From the NCBI GenBank assembly GCA_001770205.1, contig MEQL01000039.1, positions 74,787-138,786 on the forward strand: 64,000 bases of DNA. The letters run 5' to 3'. The position numbers were made by a program, and so were the translations under genes. The stretch comes from Bdellovibrionales bacterium RIFOXYD12_FULL_39_22. Lineage in GTDB: Bacteria > Bdellovibrionota > Bacteriovoracia > Bacteriovoracales > Bacteriovoracaceae. This document shows positions 59,998-64,000 of this stretch, piece after piece (position 1 is the first letter of the stretch; every line of letters begins with the position of its first letter). The notes under the pieces were generated by a model, which was not told the DNA's origin, did not search any database, and saw only the letters and a program-made list of their open reading frames with translations.

Positions 59998-60380
59998 AAT
60001 ATAAACTCCTTTTAAAATGCGCCCACCACACTGAACAATTGCTAAAATTGTAGCAGAAAAAATAAAAATCAAAACAACTTCTTTGCTTTTTGTTTTATAT
60101 TTTAATTAGTTGTCCACCATCGCAATAAAATTGTTAAAAAAAAGAGTGACAATTATCCGAGGCAATTACTTAACTCAACTACTAGCTAGTGGTCCCCAAT
60201 AAATCCAAATATCAAAATGCCTCTTTTTATGGACAGGGCCCACTCGTTAGGTATCACCCAAAAACAAAAGTTTAAGTGTAGATCTCAGATAAAAAGAATC
60301 TTTTTGTGTTAATGGTAGTAAATTATAAGTGAACCATAAAATTTAAAAAAGTCAGATTATGAGTTACGATGGAGGAAAAT

Positions 60381-61448
60381 ATGAAAATAAAAAACCAGAG
60401 AGGGTCAGCAATCATAATGGCAGTTCTTTTTGGCGTGATCTCTGCGGGAATAATCCAATACGCCCTCGTCAATCACAAGGCACTTACTTCTAGGGCCCAG
60501 GCCGCCGGAGATGCGGGAGAAGCAATTGCAGAGGCAGAGCGATTAGTATCGATTGGTGCCAATCTAATAGTTAATGGCTATGTTTTATGTAAAGGCCATA
60601 CAGACAGCAACGATGATGGATACCCCGATGAACGTTGGGGGAATGGACATAGTTGTAGGGTGGCCATTGATGCCAACTCATTGAAAGAAAAATTTGCCGC
60701 CGCAGAAAATTCAGCGGACTCCTCACCAAATCGTTTGGTTTTTAAAATAGGCGATGGGACAAAGAATTCGGGTGAATACAAGCAAGTTTTTTTTGAAATG
60801 TTTAATATGGACAAAGAGGAGGCGCAAAAAACTTTTGGGAAAATGGCCAATGCTCCAGGAGAATCTCTTTATGGATATGACCATGACAACTGGGGCATTA
60901 TGATTACCTCTGAAGTAGAATATAAAATGTCCAACGCTACGATTAGAAATGAAAGCCGCTTACTAGCACTACGGCGGCCCATTGGTATTTTACGTTTGAG
61001 CGGAGGTAGTTCGATTAGTTGCACCGCCGGTTGTTTAATCACAAATCCAGATGTCCCTGGAACTTGTCTACAGCGCCTCCCGATGTTACCTCAAAGCTCT
61101 TCTATCACCGTCACCAATCTGGGGCCAGGATATCTTTATGCGGCTCAGGCCATTCGCGAGGAAGGTGGCCAAAAAATAGAAATCGACCTATTTGATCCTG
61201 CTAACAGCAATTTTGTATCTGATTGTGAAGGTGGAACAAACAATGATCACTGTCTCGCTCCAGGAAAATCTTTTCAACTTGCCTTTTCTATTCCATGCAA
61301 TGGGGGGGTGGTTACGTTAGGGCCATCTGTTAGTACTGCCGGGGCAATTAGATATTATACCGACATCTTACAGGCACCTATATCACCTAATCGTATATCG
61401 CAAAATAGTAGTGTGTCATATGTAATCATGGTGGTCGTCTCTAACTAG
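60381..61448 (+). CDS. PilX-like minor pilin (no Glu5), Cys-rich C-terminal half
   Basis: KNQRG|SAIIMAVLFGVI class III signal; ATG 60381 after GGAGG. Confidence 0.75.
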   Translation: MKIKNQRGSAIIMAVLFGVISAGIIQYALVNHKALTSRAQAAGDAGEAIAEAERLVSIGANLIVNGYVLCKGHTDSNDDGYPDERWGNGHSCRVAIDANSLKEKFAAAENSADSSPNRLVFKIGDGTKNSGEYKQVFFEMFNMDKEEAQKTFGKMANAPGESLYGYDHDNWGIMITSEVEYKMSNATIRNESRLLALRRPIGILRLSGGSSISCTAGCLITNPDVPGTCLQRLPMLPQSSSITVTNLGPGYLYAAQAIREEGGQKIEIDLFDPANSNFVSDCEGGTNNDHCLAPGKSFQLAFSIPCNGGVVTLGPSVSTAGAIRYYTDILQAPISPNRISQNSSVSYVIMVVVSN

Positions 61449-61457
61449 GATTTAATT

Positions 61458-64000
61458 ATGAGAAAAACAATTGCAAAGTTACTACAAAAAAAAGGATACA
61501 GCTTGATTGAAGTTGCGGTGTCGATAGCGCTGGTGGGAGTCAGCAGCTATTTTCTTGCTAATTTTTTCACCCAATACGGAAAAAATGTGCAAAAAGTGGT
61601 GGCCGATGTGGAGATTAGTAATTTGCAGAAAGATTTACTCTCCGATTCGAAGCGATGGTTTACTCAAGGTGGGAGCAACGGATTTTGTGCGTTAATAAAT
61701 GATGAAACCAACTCAATTAGTACTGGGGCGGTAGTCCCAATTCGTTTTGATTTAAGCAGCAGTAAACTAAATGCGCTAGATTGGAGTGCGGGAAACTATT
61801 TCTCTCGTTGGACAATGTTAAATAGTGCATGTGCGGTGGATAATTCTCTCGATGGGGCCAGCGGAATATGTAAGTTTTTTGTTAAAAATGCCAGCAACGC
61901 TAGCTCTCAAGAAATTGTTGCCAAAAAAGAAATTTTACAGGCCAAAATAGAATTAATTCCAGTTAAAATTAATCTGGCATCTGCAAATGGAGATATGCAA
62001 AATATCGCATTGGAACAAGTAGTAAATAGTAGTGAAGCAGGTTTTAGAATTAGGGCCATTTTTCGTTATAAAATAAATGATCAAACAATAGTGTCGCGTG
62101 ACGAGGATTTTGTCTGGGCCGGGAATGCCGATTCTTGTGCAAATAGCACTGGAGTTCCCATCTCCATGACGGGGATTGGGCCGGGAGAGAGTACGTCCAA
62201 TTACATATATGCAAATCGCCTGTTTAGTAGTGATATCGAAGCAATAGATAATGAGCCTGTTGCTCCCCCGCCATCTTCCGATAGTATAATTCAGATGGCC
62301 AAGATCCATATGTTTGGAGGGGAAGAGATAACAACTGCATCAGGTGCCCATGGCTTTCAGACAGATGTTGATAAGCTTGAAAGCTTTGCTTGCAATGACA
62401 TGGAATACCGACCGCCAAGCGTTTCATCTGCCAATCGAATATATCGGGATTTTAGGGCACTCGCTACGGTAATTCATTCACCAGCATTGGGTAAATCAAA
62501 ATTTCTACCAACCCACGTCAACGTATGTAAAGGAAGCAGTTGCATATTAAGTGCTGCCACCAATCCAGGTGTTTCCGTAGGATTTTTAAAGATGCCTCAG
62601 GATGTTACAAATCAATTTGATTTTTCCCCCACTGGAAATGCCTTTCAAAATGGCGCAGAAAATATCGAAGATTTTGCAAATAACACGCTTAACTTTTTTC
62701 TATACATCGATGACAATGGCGCTATTAGAAATAGGTCCGTATCTCAAGGCAACAACATTTGCCGTGCTGCTTGCGCTGGATATGATAAGGAAAGTAATTT
62801 CTATAAAGCAGGTATTTGCTACAATGTCTATGCCGCTTCCGGTGGAACGGTTAGACGGGAATGTTCCGAAACGCATCGAGTTGCCTGTAGTGCCTGCTTT
62901 ATGAAGGCATGTGGAACACTGGCCATCGATACTTGGGGCCATTTGGATGATTTAGATCAGCACCCTGAACCACTAGATGGAATTGTTCCAGAATACACCG
63001 TCGGCGAGGCCAGCGAGAGCGACTATCTATCGGCAGGATCTCAATTGTTTTCAAAACAAACAACGGCCGGTTGCTTAACAGCTCGCTTTGATGGCAGTAA
63101 AATTATTAGTATCAACAGAGTTGATTGTGGCCAGAACAAAAAATCACTCTGCTTTTATCATGGCAAATTTCGAGTATTAAGTGCAACGTCCGCCTTCCAA
63201 AACAGCAGTACTCTTTGCTATGAACAAGGCCAAATCACGCCTTCCTCCGGAAGTAGCATTTATGATGAAATGTTAGCAACTTTTCAGGAGTTAACAGGCC
63301 CCCTTCCTTCCGGGGATATGGTGGCAGTTGCCAGCGGAAAAATCGATATACCGGGATTGAATATTGCTAATCCATCTTTGGCGCAGATAAAAAGCACTCT
63401 TAATGCTGCCTGCCTGGTACACGACAATAGTTCTGGATTTAACAAAAATCTTTCATCGGTACAAAACCATATTAACTCTAGCGCAATAAGTCCTTGCGCG
63501 GCCAACACTCCCTTTATGAATTTATCTGGAATGGGAATATTTATTTCTCCGGCAACGGGCCAAAATGACAATGAAAATATTTTTGGAAATAAAGGAGTGG
63601 CCAGTGATAATTTTTGGATTAATCTTGTGGCCGACGGCCAAGGATATATCTACGCCCCTCCTCCGGCCTGGAAAGGTAGTGGAGCTCATCTTTTTGCGTT
63701 CTATTATGATATTTTCTCGCGTCCGCATATGAGATATTACAATCCGGAGTGGGCATCACATATAGACAGCACAAGCAATATGTATGTTCTGGCCCATGAT
63801 TTGGGACATGTGGGAGTTGTACCAGTCAGAAATGATAACGCTGCTTTTGAAACACTCTGTTTTGATCCTAACAGCAAACAATATAAAATAATAAATACTA
63901 CCTCCACTGACAACACTGATGCTGATTTACGCTGTAGAAATGATGACAAATTATTCCTTCCCCCCATTTCCTCTCTGGCCTGGCAAAAAAACATGCTTGA
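61458..64000 (+). CDS. very large Cys-rich prepilin-type protein (partial, runs off the window; absent from the ORF track)
   Basis: MRKTIAKLLQKKG|YSLIEVAVSIALVGV; frame appears open to 64000 (>847 aa); Cys clusters such as CRAAC and CSACFMKAC. Confidence 0.82.
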   Translation, partial: MRKTIAKLLQKKGYSLIEVAVSIALVGVSSYFLANFFTQYGKNVQKVVADVEISNLQKDLLSDSKRWFTQGGSNGFCALINDETNSISTGAVVPIRFDLSSSKLNALDWSAGNYFSRWTMLNSACAVDNSLDGASGICKFFVKNASNASSQEIVAKKEILQAKIELIPVKINLASANGDMQNIALEQVVNSSEAGFRIRAIFRYKINDQTIVSRDEDFVWAGNADSCANSTGVPISMTGIGPGESTSNYIYANRLFSSDIEAIDNEPVAPPPSSDSIIQMAKIHMFGGEEITTASGAHGFQTDVDKLESFACNDMEYRPPSVSSANRIYRDFRALATVIHSPALGKSKFLPTHVNVCKGSSCILSAATNPGVSVGFLKMPQDVTNQFDFSPTGNAFQNGAENIEDFANNTLNFFLYIDDNGAIRNRSVSQGNNICRAACAGYDKESNFYKAGICYNVYAASGGTVRRECSETHRVACSACFMKACGTLAIDTWGHLDDLDQHPEPLDGIVPEYTVGEASESDYLSAGSQLFSKQTTAGCLTARFDGSKIISINRVDCGQNKKSLCFYHGKFRVLSATSAFQNSSTLCYEQGQITPSSGSSIYDEMLATFQELTGPLPSGDMVAVASGKIDIPGLNIANPSLAQIKSTLNAACLVHDNSSGFNKNLSSVQNHINSSAISPCAANTPFMNLSGMGIFISPATGQNDNENIFGNKGVASDNFWINLVADGQGYIYAPPPAWKGSGAHLFAFYYDIFSRPHMRYYNPEWASHIDSTSNMYVLAHDLGHVGVVPVRNDNAAFETLCFDPNSKQYKIINTTSTDNTDADLRCRNDDKLFLPPISSLAWQKNML

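Noticed and set aside
61486..61493. A8 tract as a phase-variation switch in the large pilin gene
   Set aside because: Runs of this length are common in this AT-rich sequence and the frame is intact

Overview
AT-rich bacterial chromosomal window. Gene content and order point to Bdellovibrionota, probably Bacteriovoracia-like (inference). In order: a flagellar rod/ring/hook-junction cluster (flgFGAHIJMNKL-csrA-fliW); envelope genes (TPR protein, bamD, OMP, AI-2E, cNMP-binding, BatE-like); an arginine-related operon containing an aldehyde dehydrogenase homolog that lacks its catalytic residues; tRNA-Asn followed by a small direct-repeat-bounded islet (SLT transglycosylase plus secreted partner), vapBC and fic; a complete pstSCAB-phoU-phoBR operon; two FHA coiled-coil proteins next to a PP2C sensor phosphatase; and a type IV pilin cluster running off the right end. 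The standout is 43160-59303. It encodes a 634-aa protein that reads as a natural minimal FliF-FliG fusion (signal peptide, FliF RBM3-like domain, TM, FliF C-helix, FliG N/M/C) without the FliM-binding EHPQ motif or the canonical torque-helix charges. It is coupled to a PEGA-TPR lipoprotein, two giant Ig-repeat lipoproteins with C-type-lectin-fold tips, and a divergent motAB pair whose MotA lacks the rotor-contact Arg. This suggests a stand-alone, non-flagellar rotary motor linked to surface adhesins. All family calls come from reading motifs by eye; no searches were run.
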